Source: Candidatus Subterrananammoxibius californiae (lineage in GTDB: Bacteria; Planctomycetota; Brocadiia; Brocadiales; Subterrananammoxibiaceae). Taken from it: a DNA stretch of 64,000 nt. Below are positions 10,748 to 21,685 of this stretch, piece by piece. Below the pieces are notes generated by a model, which saw nothing but the letters and a program-made list of their open reading frames with translations, made no database searches and had not been told where the DNA came from. The translations under genes were made by a program, and so were the position numbers. The stretch lies in assembly GCA_030586555.1 (NCBI GenBank), contig JAURAC010000008.1, positions 1 through 64,000 on the forward strand, in the 5' to 3' direction. Position 1 is the first letter of the stretch. Each line of letters begins with the position of its first letter.

Positions 10748-12211
10748 TTAATGGACGTCCTCGAGGCGCAAATCGGCACGGCGAAGCGCATGGCGATATT
10801 TTTCAAGACGCCCTTGATATCTTGCCTGAACGATTGCATTCAAACCTGAGGGGTCTGTAGCTGAAAGTTCTTTACCGATAGAAAGGCCGCTTCTTATAGA
10901 ATTGCCCATTGTATTGTAAGAAAACAACCCTTGCCTTCCAATTGAAACAATTCCCTTAAGGGTGGATAAATAGCCGAATACCGTCTCAAGATTCTTATAA
11001 TAGGACAGGTCATATACCGGGTATGCGTTTGGTATCCTTAATACTTTATACTTTTCTACTTCAGTTCTTTGTAGAAATCCTTCCTGTTCCAGTGATGTCA
11101 GCACAAGGTCATAAATAGATTTGTCATCTTTACAAAGTATTTCATCATCCTTAAAACAAGTAATCTCGACGCATAGGGATGTCTTATCCTTCGGTGCCAT
11201 TTTTTCACTCAGGTTAGTAAACTCTGTAATTCTTTTAAAGGGAAAGCGCTTCTCTGAAAAATAGATGCATCCATGCTTTGTAACCTGCCTCTTGTTAACA
11301 CAAAGAAATAGGGCAATTAAAACCCTGTATTTTAAAGCCGTTACTGCTTCAAACACATCCTCCTCTGGCGCAGGTGTAAGCATCCTTGTTAGTTCATCTA
11401 CAGGAATTGTGGAAATAAGAAAATCCCCTTTCACGGAAGATTTTTTTTCTTCTGAAATATAGTCAACAATAGCTTCCCTGTCTCCTTTGCGGGAAACTGC
11501 CAGCGCCCTTGCACCCAAAATGGTTTCACCTCCAAGTTCTGAGAAGGATTTTGCCAGTAGCTTGCTTATCGTATCTATGCCTGATGGTGGATAACTGATA
11601 ATTCTCCTTCCCTTATCTGCCTGGGACGAACCTACGATTGTTTTTACCCCCAACCTAAATGGATTCATATTTCTTAAAAATTTAAGCTTCTGCACGCCCC
11701 AATCCTTTGACACTAATCTTGGAGAAAGCCCGTACAGCTTGCTTATATAGTCGCCCAGGTGGGTGTAGGCGTAAATCCTCTTACCCACAGAATTGATTAC
11801 CCAGTCCTCCACACAGTCTATTGAGTTATTATTTGAGCTACCCCTAATACCTCTCGATACAAGGTCAAAAAATACGCCAGGCAGCCAGGAGGGTTCAAGG
11901 TTAATTAAGAAGTCCTTCGGCTGAAATGGGAAGTTGAAATAACGCTTCCTGAAATACATCTTGCCGAGGAAACTATCGAGGGTTTTCAGTTCGAGACTAT
12001 TTCCAAGGAGTTCTCCTAAAGCCTGTAGCACTGGCTTACCAAAGAGGAAATGAGGACCGAGGTCAAATGAGTATCCATCCATTCTGAGACATCTTGCCAG
12101 ACCGCCTATTTCGGACTCTTTTTCCAACACTACGACTTCATGTCCATTTTTCTTGAGGGTCAGTGCGCATGAAAGCCCCGTTAACCCTCCGCCTAAAATG
12201 ATGAATTTCAA
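10748..12211 (-). CDS. FAD-dependent oxidoreductase (HemY/UDP-galactopyranose mutase-like fold)
   Basis: GGGLTGL Rossmann motif, FDLGPH, AYPVYD, IGRQG. Confidence 0.8.
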   Translation of the reverse strand: MKFIILGGGLTGLSCALTLKKNGHEVVVLEKESEIGGLARCLRMDGYSFDLGPHFLFGKPVLQALGELLGNSLELKTLDSFLGKMYFRKRYFNFPFQPKDFLINLEPSWLPGVFFDLVSRGIRGSSNNNSIDCVEDWVINSVGKRIYAYTHLGDYISKLYGLSPRLVSKDWGVQKLKFLRNMNPFRLGVKTIVGSSQADKGRRIISYPPSGIDTISKLLAKSFSELGGETILGARALAVSRKGDREAIVDYISEEKKSSVKGDFLISTIPVDELTRMLTPAPEEDVFEAVTALKYRVLIALFLCVNKRQVTKHGCIYFSEKRFPFKRITEFTNLSEKMAPKDKTSLCVEITCFKDDEILCKDDKSIYDLVLTSLEQEGFLQRTEVEKYKVLRIPNAYPVYDLSYYKNLETVFGYLSTLKGIVSIGRQGLFSYNTMGNSIRSGLSIGKELSATDPSGLNAIVQARYQGRLEKYRHALRRADLRLEDVH

Positions 12212-12248
12212 ACCATTCTCCTATGATAATTGGGTTTGGTTCCTCGCC

Positions 12249-13988
12249 TCACTCAATGTAGCCCAACTCTTGTAGGAATTCTTTTACTTTGCCGGCTTCT
12301 TCTTGAGAATAAACTTCTTTAGTTAAAACGGGTTCTTCCGTTTCTTTATCACTTTTGAGGGGTTGTTCGTATTGGACAGGATTTGCCTTCAGAAATTCAC
12401 TACTAAATATATCGGTTAACACCTTTCCATCAACGTCATCAGGTATGGGGAGACCCATCTGATACATAACGGTAGGGAAAATGTCAATAATATTGGCATT
12501 GGCGATTTCCACACCCCTTTTAGAGTCTTTCCCCTTCATTATAAAGATGCCGTTAAGCCGATGCATGCCACTTGTGCCTCGCCAGTGTTTCTGCCTGACC
12601 ACAAATGAATCTCCCAAACGGGTGGCCTTTTTCTCGCGGAAAAACTTCCAGCTTATGTCGTATTTGTTATCCTTAGGGACGAGAATGATGTCTGGGAATT
12701 CCTCTACATAAGGTCCACTATATAATTCTTCTCTCTTAAATGCCTTTTCAATAACATTCTCCCCGGTTTCGGGGTCTTTTAGATGCATTATTTCCCTGAT
12801 TATTATTTCACGAAGTTCTTCGTATTCTTTTCCATTGTTAACCTGACCATGTGGATATTCACCCTTAAGGTTTATTCTTATGCTTTCCACTTCACCAACA
12901 AACGCCTTTGTCTTATCCCAGTCTATACCTGAAAGCTTGAAATAGCTTGTTGCCCTTGAGATTGCTCCGGGAAGGTATCTCTTGATTGTCGCCTTAATTT
13001 TGGGAGGGAGATTCTTAAGGAGCAGGGCAAGGACTTTCTCCATAAGATTGTAAAGAATGTCTGACAGGGCGAATCTGCCAGGTCTTTTGCTTTTTTTTGA
13101 AAGGAAGCCCATTGTCATCAGCCATTCGTTTAAATAAATGGCTTTGTTTATGCGCTGTCCACTACCGTGGTCAGACATTACAATCAGGGTTGTATTATCA
13201 TCCAGTTTGTTGATAATCGAAGCGAGTACGTCATCTAACTTTTTGTAGACTGAGAATATGGCATGTTTAAGCGTATCATCGCATGCAGGGTCATGGTACG
13301 GATGTGTGGGGTCCATATAATTCCAGAAGTGATGCTGTATAGTATCAGGATTGTTAAACTTGACGACAAATAAATCCCATTTGACGTTATCCATTAGATG
13401 CAGTACGAGCCTTTGCCTGGCATCAATAGAGGATAAAATCATATCGAGCGCTTTATGCCGACGCTTGTCGTCACTTAAATACCCTCCAAGAATGAGGTTT
13501 ATTTTGTAATCACTGGAAATCTTAAAGATTTCCTCCTTAAATGACTGAGGAAATGTAAAGTTGGCATCTGTGTCAACAGCATCAGACCCACTTACTAATA
13601 TGCCATTAACCTTTTTTGGCGGATACGTCATGGGTACATTTATGACTACGACGGATTTGCCCTTACGGCTTAAAACATCCCAGAGGGTAAGGGATTTATT
13701 ATCATTTCCCGTCAGGTACCTTATCCTGTAGCCATTATAATTTCTGTCCCTCTTTGTAAATCCTATGATGCTGTGCTTACCGCAATTTTTTCCTGTTGCA
13801 AAGGACGTCCAGGCTGGCGCAGAAACGGTTGGGATGGTTGACCATAGGGTACCATGCACCCCACCCTCAATCATTTTCTTGAAGGTGGGAAGTTCGCCCT
13901 TTTCGATTAGAGGCTTAATAATGTCAAAGGTCGCACCATCCAGTCCTAATATAAAAACCCTTCTTTTAGGGTTATTGGCATACGTCAA
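12249..13988 (-). CDS. AlkP-superfamily protein, paralog 2
   Basis: LGLDGAT, SAPAWTSF, DTIQH, SDHG, LQELGYIE. Confidence 0.88.
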   Translation of the reverse strand: MTYANNPKRRVFILGLDGATFDIIKPLIEKGELPTFKKMIEGGVHGTLWSTIPTVSAPAWTSFATGKNCGKHSIIGFTKRDRNYNGYRIRYLTGNDNKSLTLWDVLSRKGKSVVVINVPMTYPPKKVNGILVSGSDAVDTDANFTFPQSFKEEIFKISSDYKINLILGGYLSDDKRRHKALDMILSSIDARQRLVLHLMDNVKWDLFVVKFNNPDTIQHHFWNYMDPTHPYHDPACDDTLKHAIFSVYKKLDDVLASIINKLDDNTTLIVMSDHGSGQRINKAIYLNEWLMTMGFLSKKSKRPGRFALSDILYNLMEKVLALLLKNLPPKIKATIKRYLPGAISRATSYFKLSGIDWDKTKAFVGEVESIRINLKGEYPHGQVNNGKEYEELREIIIREIMHLKDPETGENVIEKAFKREELYSGPYVEEFPDIILVPKDNKYDISWKFFREKKATRLGDSFVVRQKHWRGTSGMHRLNGIFIMKGKDSKRGVEIANANIIDIFPTVMYQMGLPIPDDVDGKVLTDIFSSEFLKANPVQYEQPLKSDKETEEPVLTKEVYSQEEAGKVKEFLQELGYIE

Positions 13989-14045
13989 GTTATTACTCCT
14001 AACAATTAATCTAATGCTCGTTTTAAGTGTCTTTGGTTGCTTGTA

Positions 14046-15779
14046 CTACTCTAAATATCCTAATCCCTTTAATCTCTCCTCGATTTGTTTTGATTCCGAA
14101 TCCTTGTAGGTTTGTATTGTGTCAGGGAGTGGTCCTCGTGTTTCGATATTGTAATTGCTTTCTGAGTATCTAACAGGCGTAGCAAATATATAACCATTGC
14201 TAAACATGCCAGTTATTACCTTTCCATCTATATAGCCTGGTATTTCAAGCCCAAGACAATAGAGAACCGTCGGAAAGATATCAACAATGTCAATAGGTAA
14301 AATGGAATTGTTTTTAAGCACGTCACTGCCTCTTGCGATAAAAATTCCATTCAATTTATGCGTACCACTGGTGAAAGTACCGTTCCTTTTATCAATAGTT
14401 ATAGGCTGCCGGTTAGCCCCTTTTGGAAAAATCTTTTTTACAAACTTGTAGGTGCCATCCTTTGGCCAGATTATAAGGTCCGGCGCTCCGTCTGTATAAG
14501 GGCCAACGTATAATTCTTCCCTCTTATATACCCTTTCTATTAATCTCTCTTTTGTTAAGGGATGCTCAATGCTTTCAAGGTCTCTGATGAGATTTTCTCT
14601 GAGTTCCTCATATTCGGTCCCGGGATTTACAATACCTCGCGGTTCCCTCCCGATGAGGTTAATCCTCAAGGAAGCAACGTTTTCGCTTGAATACACCTTT
14701 GTTTTGCCCCAGTCAATTACTGAACGATTAATGAAAGTGGCTGCCCTGCTTCGCATCTTAGGGAAGAATCTCTGTAAGGCGTCTTTGGTTCGGGAAGAAA
14801 GATGTTTGAATAAGAGCGCCCTGAGCCACTCGGCAAAACTTCTTCCGCAGGATTTAACAAAAAGTTTTATCTTGCTGAGTGGGTTATTTGCCCTTGTATT
14901 ATTGGTCTTAAATGCGAGTAATTCTTTACGTCTTAGCCATTCGTCAATATATATGACAACGTCCGAGATAGGTCCAGAGCCGTGGTCAGAGATGATGAGT
15001 TGTATTACATCTTTATCCAGATTGGCAGTTAATTTCCCGACTGCCTCGTCGAGTCTTTGGTAAATCCTCAAGATTGCCTCTTTGAATTCTCTGTTTACAG
15101 AGGCACCATTGTCTGTCATGTATCTCCAGAAATGGTGCTGCGCCTGGTCTGCTGCCGCAAAGTTTACCGCAAAAAAGTCCCATTCGTATTTGTTCATCAA
15201 ATATAGAACCATTTTTTCCCTATACTCAGTCATGGATATAAGGTCATTTATCGCTTTTCTTCTTTTGGCGTCTGTATTCAGGTATCCAGCCACGTGCAAA
15301 TGTACCATGTAGTTTTTTGTTACGTTTAAAATCTCGTCCTTGATTTCCCTTGGAAACGTGAAATCTGAGTCAACCCCTGGGGAGTCCATTCCACCCACCA
15401 GAATTCCGTTAACCTCCTCCGGGGGATACGTCATGGGAATATTTACAACGATGACCTTTTTCCCCTGCTCGCTTAGTATCTTCCACAATGTTTTAACCTT
15501 TATGGATTTGTTATTCACAAATTGAAAGTCATAAGCGCCTTTAATCTGTTCTTTGAAGCCAAATACCCCGTGCTTACCCGGGTTGACCCCGGTCATAAAC
15601 GAACCCCATGCCTGTGGTGAAAATGGTTGGATAACTGACCTCAAGACACCATGTGTACCTTCTTCCATGAATCTTTTCAGGTTTGGCAATTTGCCTTCCC
15701 TGACCCATGGGTTTATAAGGTCAAAGGTTGCTCCGTCTAAACCTATGCAAAAGACTCTTTTTTTGTTCGTTGATTGCAT
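14046..15779 (-). CDS. AlkP-superfamily protein, paralog 3
   Basis: IGLDGAT, SPQAWGSF, DQAQH, SDHG, LKGLGYLE. Confidence 0.88.
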   Translation of the reverse strand: MQSTNKKRVFCIGLDGATFDLINPWVREGKLPNLKRFMEEGTHGVLRSVIQPFSPQAWGSFMTGVNPGKHGVFGFKEQIKGAYDFQFVNNKSIKVKTLWKILSEQGKKVIVVNIPMTYPPEEVNGILVGGMDSPGVDSDFTFPREIKDEILNVTKNYMVHLHVAGYLNTDAKRRKAINDLISMTEYREKMVLYLMNKYEWDFFAVNFAAADQAQHHFWRYMTDNGASVNREFKEAILRIYQRLDEAVGKLTANLDKDVIQLIISDHGSGPISDVVIYIDEWLRRKELLAFKTNNTRANNPLSKIKLFVKSCGRSFAEWLRALLFKHLSSRTKDALQRFFPKMRSRAATFINRSVIDWGKTKVYSSENVASLRINLIGREPRGIVNPGTEYEELRENLIRDLESIEHPLTKERLIERVYKREELYVGPYTDGAPDLIIWPKDGTYKFVKKIFPKGANRQPITIDKRNGTFTSGTHKLNGIFIARGSDVLKNNSILPIDIVDIFPTVLYCLGLEIPGYIDGKVITGMFSNGYIFATPVRYSESNYNIETRGPLPDTIQTYKDSESKQIEERLKGLGYLE

Positions 15780-15789
15780 ATATTAGCTC

Positions 15790-17283
15790 TTAATCCGAAC
15801 CGTGAAAACCAAGTCCCTCGAACTTGGTTTTCACCCTTCTGCTTATTAACTGTCTAAATATGGATATTTCATCCTTAGTGAACGTTTTAGTTAAAAACAA
15901 CGTTACGATATAAGCTAAAATGCCGCAGCTTACAGCCATATAAATGTTAATCTGATAAATGTAAAACAAAATGACGCACGTTGTAATACTTGCAAATATT
16001 GGTTTTAAGGCTACCTTGCTTACAGGAAGATAACTTACAAACCTGAATACAAAGTAAAAAGTCAACCCGAACATTGTGATTTCGGAGACGAGGGTAGCAA
16101 AGCTTGCCCCAACATAGCTCATTTTTGGGATAAGGATGATGTCTAAGGCAAGATTTATACAAAGCGAAACAATAGTTGCCAGCATGGTATATGCCTGTTT
16201 ACCACTTACAATAAGCATCTTTTCCATTAGATTGCTCAAGAACATCAGCGCCAACACCCAACCAAATATCTGAAGGACGGGCGTAGCGTCAACAAATGCC
16301 TTCCCAAGGACGAGGGTAATTAGCGGCTTGGAGAAATAGCTAAAAAATATGCCAAAGGGCAGACCCATTAAGATGAGAAATTTAAAACTCTTTTCATAGC
16401 CTTGCTGAAGGGAAGACTTCGATGTGGCTGAGTAGCGCGAGAAGAGAGGAAACACTGCCTTCGTTGCGCCTTCGGCGAGAAACATCAAGCTTTGTATCAT
16501 CTTATAAACGCCGTGAAACAAGCCAACCTCTACACTGCTTTTCATGGCTGCGAGGACAAGGGTATCTATCCTGTAGTTCAGCTTCCTTAAGACCATTTTA
16601 ATGCCAATTGGATAAGCCTCCTTCAACAGGTACTTCCAGTGGTCGCAGTTGCCTTTAAGCCTCAGCCGTACAAATTTCCTGCTTACTAAAGAAAAGCCGA
16701 ATATACATTCGGAGACGAAGGTAAGTATAAGGGCAATGAACACCCCTGTGAGACCGTAACCAAATTTCACAACGCATATAATAGAAATTATGTATACTGA
16801 CTGGGCAAAGATTGTTTGAAAAGCGTCGTACTCCATCTTCTCGTATGCTTGAAATATGGCTGAAAAGAGCTTGGAAAAGAATTCAAGCACAACCGCAACG
16901 GCGCACAATGTGGCTGCAATTTTAACCTCCGCAGAAGAGCTTATCAGATTAATGGACACGGTCATTACTAAAATAGTGATTAAAGAAAGGAAAATATGCA
17001 GCAAGAAAGCGGAGGCATAAACCTTTTGAACATTCTCCTTTTCTTTTGCTATTTCTCGCACGACAATTGCTGGAACGCCCATACCAGACATGACCTTGAA
17101 GATTGCCGCAAATGCGACTATGAAAGAGTATTTACCAAAATCATTTATGCCAAGGTATCTTGAAAGCAAGCCAAGGGATACCAGATTAGTAAGAGCATCA
17201 AAAGCTGTTGCGCCATAGTTGGCGAGAGAATTTTTGATAATTCTTCTGCCAGTTGAAATAGTCTCGTCTGGATTAAAACTCAT
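15790..17283 (-). CDS. wzx: Polysaccharide flippase (Wzx/PST family)
   Basis: About 14 TMs, SRYLGxxxFG, RIDTLVL, EVGLF, GASFAT motifs. Confidence 0.85.
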   Translation of the reverse strand: MSFNPDETISTGRRIIKNSLANYGATAFDALTNLVSLGLLSRYLGINDFGKYSFIVAFAAIFKVMSGMGVPAIVVREIAKEKENVQKVYASAFLLHIFLSLITILVMTVSINLISSSAEVKIAATLCAVAVVLEFFSKLFSAIFQAYEKMEYDAFQTIFAQSVYIISIICVVKFGYGLTGVFIALILTFVSECIFGFSLVSRKFVRLRLKGNCDHWKYLLKEAYPIGIKMVLRKLNYRIDTLVLAAMKSSVEVGLFHGVYKMIQSLMFLAEGATKAVFPLFSRYSATSKSSLQQGYEKSFKFLILMGLPFGIFFSYFSKPLITLVLGKAFVDATPVLQIFGWVLALMFLSNLMEKMLIVSGKQAYTMLATIVSLCINLALDIILIPKMSYVGASFATLVSEITMFGLTFYFVFRFVSYLPVSKVALKPIFASITTCVILFYIYQINIYMAVSCGILAYIVTLFLTKTFTKDEISIFRQLISRRVKTKFEGLGFHGSD

Positions 17284-17351
17284 GTATCTTCCCAATTTAA
17301 ATTACCCCCTCTCCTATCCTCTTTCCTATGGGGGAGGGTTAGGGTGAGGGG

Positions 17352-19022
17352 TTAAATATAGCCAAGGTTTCTCAATCGTTCTTCAATTTGCTTGGCTTGT
17401 TGTTCTGTGTAGCTAAATGCCTCTGGTTGAGTAGTGTGACTTGTTCCTGCCTCGCAAAATTCAGGGCACTTAGACTGGATGTAAGCAGGTTTGAATGCGG
17501 CGGTCAAGACCTTGCCATCCATGTCTGAAGGGATAGGCACTCCCATCGTAAAAAGAATAGTAGGGGCTAAATCTATAATCTCTGCCCCAAATAGTTCAAG
17601 ATTGGTATTAATCTCATGTCCATTTATCATAAATATGCCATTGGGCCTATGGTTTCCACCTTTTTTAAGGCTCGACCATTCGTTAAAATCGCTGTGGTCA
17701 AGGCTTGACTCAAATATCGAATGGTTTCTATCGGAATATCCTGGCCATGAAGTATATTCACTGTTTTTCCAGGTTACCAATAAATCAGGTGCACTATCAA
17801 GACAGTCACCAAGATAGACCTCTTCACCCTTGAACACCTTATCAACTACTACCTCGCCACTTTCCGGGTCACGGAGTTCCATGAGTTTGTCAATCACCTT
17901 GTTACGTAGATTCTCGTATTCTTGTCCGGGATTAACTATACCCATAGGGAATCGTCCTTTTAGGTTGATAAATAGATTGGTACTTTCCCTTCCAAAACAA
18001 TAAACCCTTGTGTTACGCCAATCTATTTCTGAAAAGACCAGACGAGACTTTACCCTTTGCCTCAGCCCTGGAAATGTCCTCTTTAGCCAATCTAACCGGG
18101 AGGTTGAAAATATCCTCTTTATGCCCCAATGCGCCAATTTCAACGGTGAGACACTTTTCTCGTTGTTATAATACCTTAAAAGCCCCTGCGATTCGAGCCA
18201 TTTGTTCATAAATACCGCTTTACGACATCGCCCAGCCCCATGGTCTGAAAGTATCACAAAATCGCTTTCTTCAGGTAATGCAGCTAACACCTCCCCTAAT
18301 ATTCCGTCAACTTTAACGTACGTATCCTTTATAGAACTGCCGTATCGTGCACGGTCTTCCTCACTAATAGAGGTAAATGATTCATCCATGTATTGCCAAT
18401 ATCCATGTTGAACCAGGTCAAGGGCATTAAAGACCATCATATAGAAGTCCCATTCGTAATGCTCCATCATATAAAATAAGAGCTTCCTCTGAAAATTTAG
18501 GGTAGTGTGTATTTGTTTGAGGAATGTAGCTGGATTATGCCCCTGCGCATAATCTCTTAATATATACTCTCCAAGGGCATCCTGTATCTGTTTATACACT
18601 CGGGCAGGGTAAACAAAATTAGAATCAAGGCCTGGCGCATCGAAACCGGAAATGTTTATGCCATTAATCTCTTCCGGTGGATAGGTCATTGGCACGTTTA
18701 CCACGACTACCTTTTTGCCAGCATCGCTGAGCAATCTCCATATAGTTGCACCTTTTCTCATACCGCCATTGGTATAGAGTAATTCATAACTGTGCGGCTT
18801 ATGTACAACAAAGTCGTAGATGCCATGTTTTCCGGGATTCTTCCCTGTCATGAAGGAAGTCCATGCCGGAGGGCTCAATGGATGCAATGTTGACCTTAAT
18901 TCGCCCCATGCGCCCGTTTGCATTAATCGAGCAAAATTCGGGAGCAAACCCTCCTTAACCCATGGAGTAATCAGGTCAAATGTTGCGCCATCTAAACCAA
19001 GTACAAATAGTTTCTTGCTCAT
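17352..19022 (-). CDS. AlkP-superfamily protein, paralog 4
   Basis: LGLDGAT, SPPAWTSF, DLVQH, SDHG, LRNLGYI. Confidence 0.88.
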   Translation of the reverse strand: MSKKLFVLGLDGATFDLITPWVKEGLLPNFARLMQTGAWGELRSTLHPLSPPAWTSFMTGKNPGKHGIYDFVVHKPHSYELLYTNGGMRKGATIWRLLSDAGKKVVVVNVPMTYPPEEINGINISGFDAPGLDSNFVYPARVYKQIQDALGEYILRDYAQGHNPATFLKQIHTTLNFQRKLLFYMMEHYEWDFYMMVFNALDLVQHGYWQYMDESFTSISEEDRARYGSSIKDTYVKVDGILGEVLAALPEESDFVILSDHGAGRCRKAVFMNKWLESQGLLRYYNNEKSVSPLKLAHWGIKRIFSTSRLDWLKRTFPGLRQRVKSRLVFSEIDWRNTRVYCFGRESTNLFINLKGRFPMGIVNPGQEYENLRNKVIDKLMELRDPESGEVVVDKVFKGEEVYLGDCLDSAPDLLVTWKNSEYTSWPGYSDRNHSIFESSLDHSDFNEWSSLKKGGNHRPNGIFMINGHEINTNLELFGAEIIDLAPTILFTMGVPIPSDMDGKVLTAAFKPAYIQSKCPEFCEAGTSHTTQPEAFSYTEQQAKQIEERLRNLGYI

Positions 19023-19038
19023 TCCGTGCCACCCAATT

Positions 19039-20748
19039 TTAATCTATATATCCCAGACCCTTTAGTCTTTCCTCTATCAGCGCAGCCTCACTATCGGAAT
19101 AAGTTCTTTCATCCTTAGTTTGCGTATAATCTGGTTGTCCGCTGGTTTTTACGGGGTTACTCTGGATAAAGTCTTCTTTAAATATTTCTGTTAATACCTT
19201 TCCATCGGTATCTTCTGGTATTGGAATGCCCATGGTAAAGAGTACCGTAGGAAATATGTCAACAATGCTTGCACCCTGAATTTGAAAGGATTGTTTAATA
19301 TGTTTGCCCATGGCAAGGAAGATACCTTCCCTTCTGTGAATACCACTTGGCCTGCTTACCGTCTCAGCCCATTCCAATTCCCGGTGCGTAAGGATTTGGA
19401 CCCACTTGCCATTCTTGTTAGTATAGCTTGGGCGCTGAATATAGGCGTCGTTCTTCCATTGGATTAAAAGGTCTGGTGCCTTGTATGTAAATTTACCAGT
19501 GTACATTTCCTCCTTCTTCAACACCCTTTCGACTATGGGTTCGTTGGTCTGGGGGCATCTTAGATTGAGCAATTTGTTTATAATATCCTCTCTAACTTTT
19601 TTGTAGGCGTCTCCGGGTTCAACAGTTCCTTTTGGCTCGCGTCCCTTTAAGTTTATATGGATTGTTGGCGCATTCTCTCTGGAATACGCAAGGGTATTAT
19701 CCCAGTCTATTCCCGACAGGTATAATGTAGAATCAACCCTATTTCTGAGTTCTGGGAAAATCCTTGCTAATTTTTCTTTCATGCGCCTTGAAAGAAAGCC
19801 TTTGAGTAAAAAATTAATTGTTCTGAGACCTTTATGCCCCGCCTTTTTTATTCGTCTTTTTATGGAATTATTGGAAGTGAATCTTAAAAGCCCTTGCTCC
19901 GCCAGCCAATGGTTAATATAAAAGGTCTTGTTGCTCGACGGTCCGCCACCGTGGTCAGACATAATAAAAACAGTAACGTCCTCAGGGAGGTCGCTTATCA
20001 AGTCATTCAATGTATTATCAAGCCTCTGATAAATGCTGTAAATTGCGTTTCCAAAGCCCTCTCTATCCTCCGGGTCATAATTAGGGTGGTCTGGATTTAT
20101 GAACTTCCAAAAATAATGCTGTACCCGGTCAATTGAGGTAAAAACCACAGCAAAGAAATCCCATTCTTTATTTTTTAAGAGATATTTAGCCGCCCTGAAC
20201 CTGTTATCTATGGATTCATACATTTTGTTTAAGGCAAGGTCACGTCTTCCTTTATGGATAAAGCCAGTAACACCTGGCTCAAGTATGTAGCTGCCGACCT
20301 CTTTGTTGATTTCTCGAAGCAAATCTGGCGGGTATACGGAATCTCGGCTAATGCCTGGAGAATCCCACCCGGATATAATACAGCCGTTTACCTCCTCAGC
20401 AGGAAATGTTATAGGCACATTAATGACAACCACCTTTTTCCCAACATCGCTGATTATTCTCCACAGTGTTTTTCCGTTGCGGTAGGAGGCATTAATAAAT
20501 TTTACATCATAACTATTTGGAACGGGCTCGACAAAATCAAAGATGCCGTGCTTACCTGCATTTTTTCCTGTCATAAATGACGTCCATGCCTGAGGGCTAT
20601 TTGATTGATGTGTTGAAAGGAGTACCCCATGGGTTCCCCTTTCCATGACCCTCTTGAGAGTAGGCAATTTGCCGTCTTTAACCCATGGTTTAATTAAATC
20701 AAAGGTTGCGCCATCAAGACCGATGACCAGTACCTTGCCTTGCGTCAT
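19039..20748 (-). CDS. AlkP-superfamily protein, paralog 5
   Basis: IGLDGAT, SPQAWTSF, DRVQH, SDHG, LKGLGYID; start at MTQGK behind an SD-like ggtgagg. Confidence 0.88.
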   Translation of the reverse strand: MTQGKVLVIGLDGATFDLIKPWVKDGKLPTLKRVMERGTHGVLLSTHQSNSPQAWTSFMTGKNAGKHGIFDFVEPVPNSYDVKFINASYRNGKTLWRIISDVGKKVVVINVPITFPAEEVNGCIISGWDSPGISRDSVYPPDLLREINKEVGSYILEPGVTGFIHKGRRDLALNKMYESIDNRFRAAKYLLKNKEWDFFAVVFTSIDRVQHYFWKFINPDHPNYDPEDREGFGNAIYSIYQRLDNTLNDLISDLPEDVTVFIMSDHGGGPSSNKTFYINHWLAEQGLLRFTSNNSIKRRIKKAGHKGLRTINFLLKGFLSRRMKEKLARIFPELRNRVDSTLYLSGIDWDNTLAYSRENAPTIHINLKGREPKGTVEPGDAYKKVREDIINKLLNLRCPQTNEPIVERVLKKEEMYTGKFTYKAPDLLIQWKNDAYIQRPSYTNKNGKWVQILTHRELEWAETVSRPSGIHRREGIFLAMGKHIKQSFQIQGASIVDIFPTVLFTMGIPIPEDTDGKVLTEIFKEDFIQSNPVKTSGQPDYTQTKDERTYSDSEAALIEERLKGLGYID

Positions 20749-20770
20749 CTTTACCTCACCCTTTGTAAGA

Positions 20771-21679
20771 CTAAGATTTTTGTGCAAAAACAATCATCTC
20801 CCCCGGCTGGCGAAATTTAATAGGCTTATCTGGGAGTCCGAGGGATTCTACCAGTCTTACTAAAAGTCTCGATAGGGCCTTACTGTACCATGCGGTTTGA
20901 TAAAGCAAATACCTGAGGGTAAAAAGCTTGCAGGCGGGCTCTATACTTATCGTCTTAAAACCTGTTTTAGAAAGGAGACTATTAAGTGTAGTTTTTGAAA
21001 AGAAGAAGCTGTGCTCAGATTCGAGGAAGGCATGCCATCTACTTCCCATTATTTTACTCAAGAGACCTTCTGCATCAGGGGTTTCTATCATCAATAAAGC
21101 CCCTGACTTCATTATTCTGTTAACCTCTAACAAAGTGTCTTTAGGTGAAGGTAGATGTTCAATAAGGTTTATCATAGTTACCACGTCAAAATGTGCGTCT
21201 GGTAGATTCGCTTCCCTTAACGTTCCGCAAAAGGCCCTGTTGCCTAACCGTTTTATTGCTTTTGCACAAATCCAGTCTCTCGGTTCAATTCCGTAAATAT
21301 CGAAATCTTTAGAAAGGAAATTCGATAAAAATAAACCCCGTGAGCACCCTATATCCAGCAATCTTCCTGCGGCACAAAACTTAAGGACTTTCTCAGCCCT
21401 GTCTGCAAAATGCAATATCCGCCATTCTTCCTCTTGCGCATAAATATCTTCGTAGCAAGAGCCGTACCTTTTAATGGCAATGTCGCGCATCCTTTGAAAC
21501 TTACTCTGCCTTTCCACTTTTTCCTCAAAATCATACGTTAGATTTTGAGGATTTTGTGGATTGACGTAGAGGAGCCCGCATTTTGTACATTTTACAATTT
21601 GTCGGTTGAGCTTATGTATTTTATACCTTAATTCAGACCGTTCTTCTCCACACAAATCGCATGGCACACATTGGAGCAT
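20771..21679 (-). CDS. Class I SAM-dependent methyltransferase with N-terminal Zn-ribbon
   Basis: CDLC...CTKCGL, LLDIGCSRG, FDVVTMINLIEH. Confidence 0.85.
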   Translation of the reverse strand: MLQCVPCDLCGEERSELRYKIHKLNRQIVKCTKCGLLYVNPQNPQNLTYDFEEKVERQSKFQRMRDIAIKRYGSCYEDIYAQEEEWRILHFADRAEKVLKFCAAGRLLDIGCSRGLFLSNFLSKDFDIYGIEPRDWICAKAIKRLGNRAFCGTLREANLPDAHFDVVTMINLIEHLPSPKDTLLEVNRIMKSGALLMIETPDAEGLLSKIMGSRWHAFLESEHSFFFSKTTLNSLLSKTGFKTISIEPACKLFTLRYLLYQTAWYSKALSRLLVRLVESLGLPDKPIKFRQPGEMIVFAQKS

Positions 21680-21685
21680 GGCATA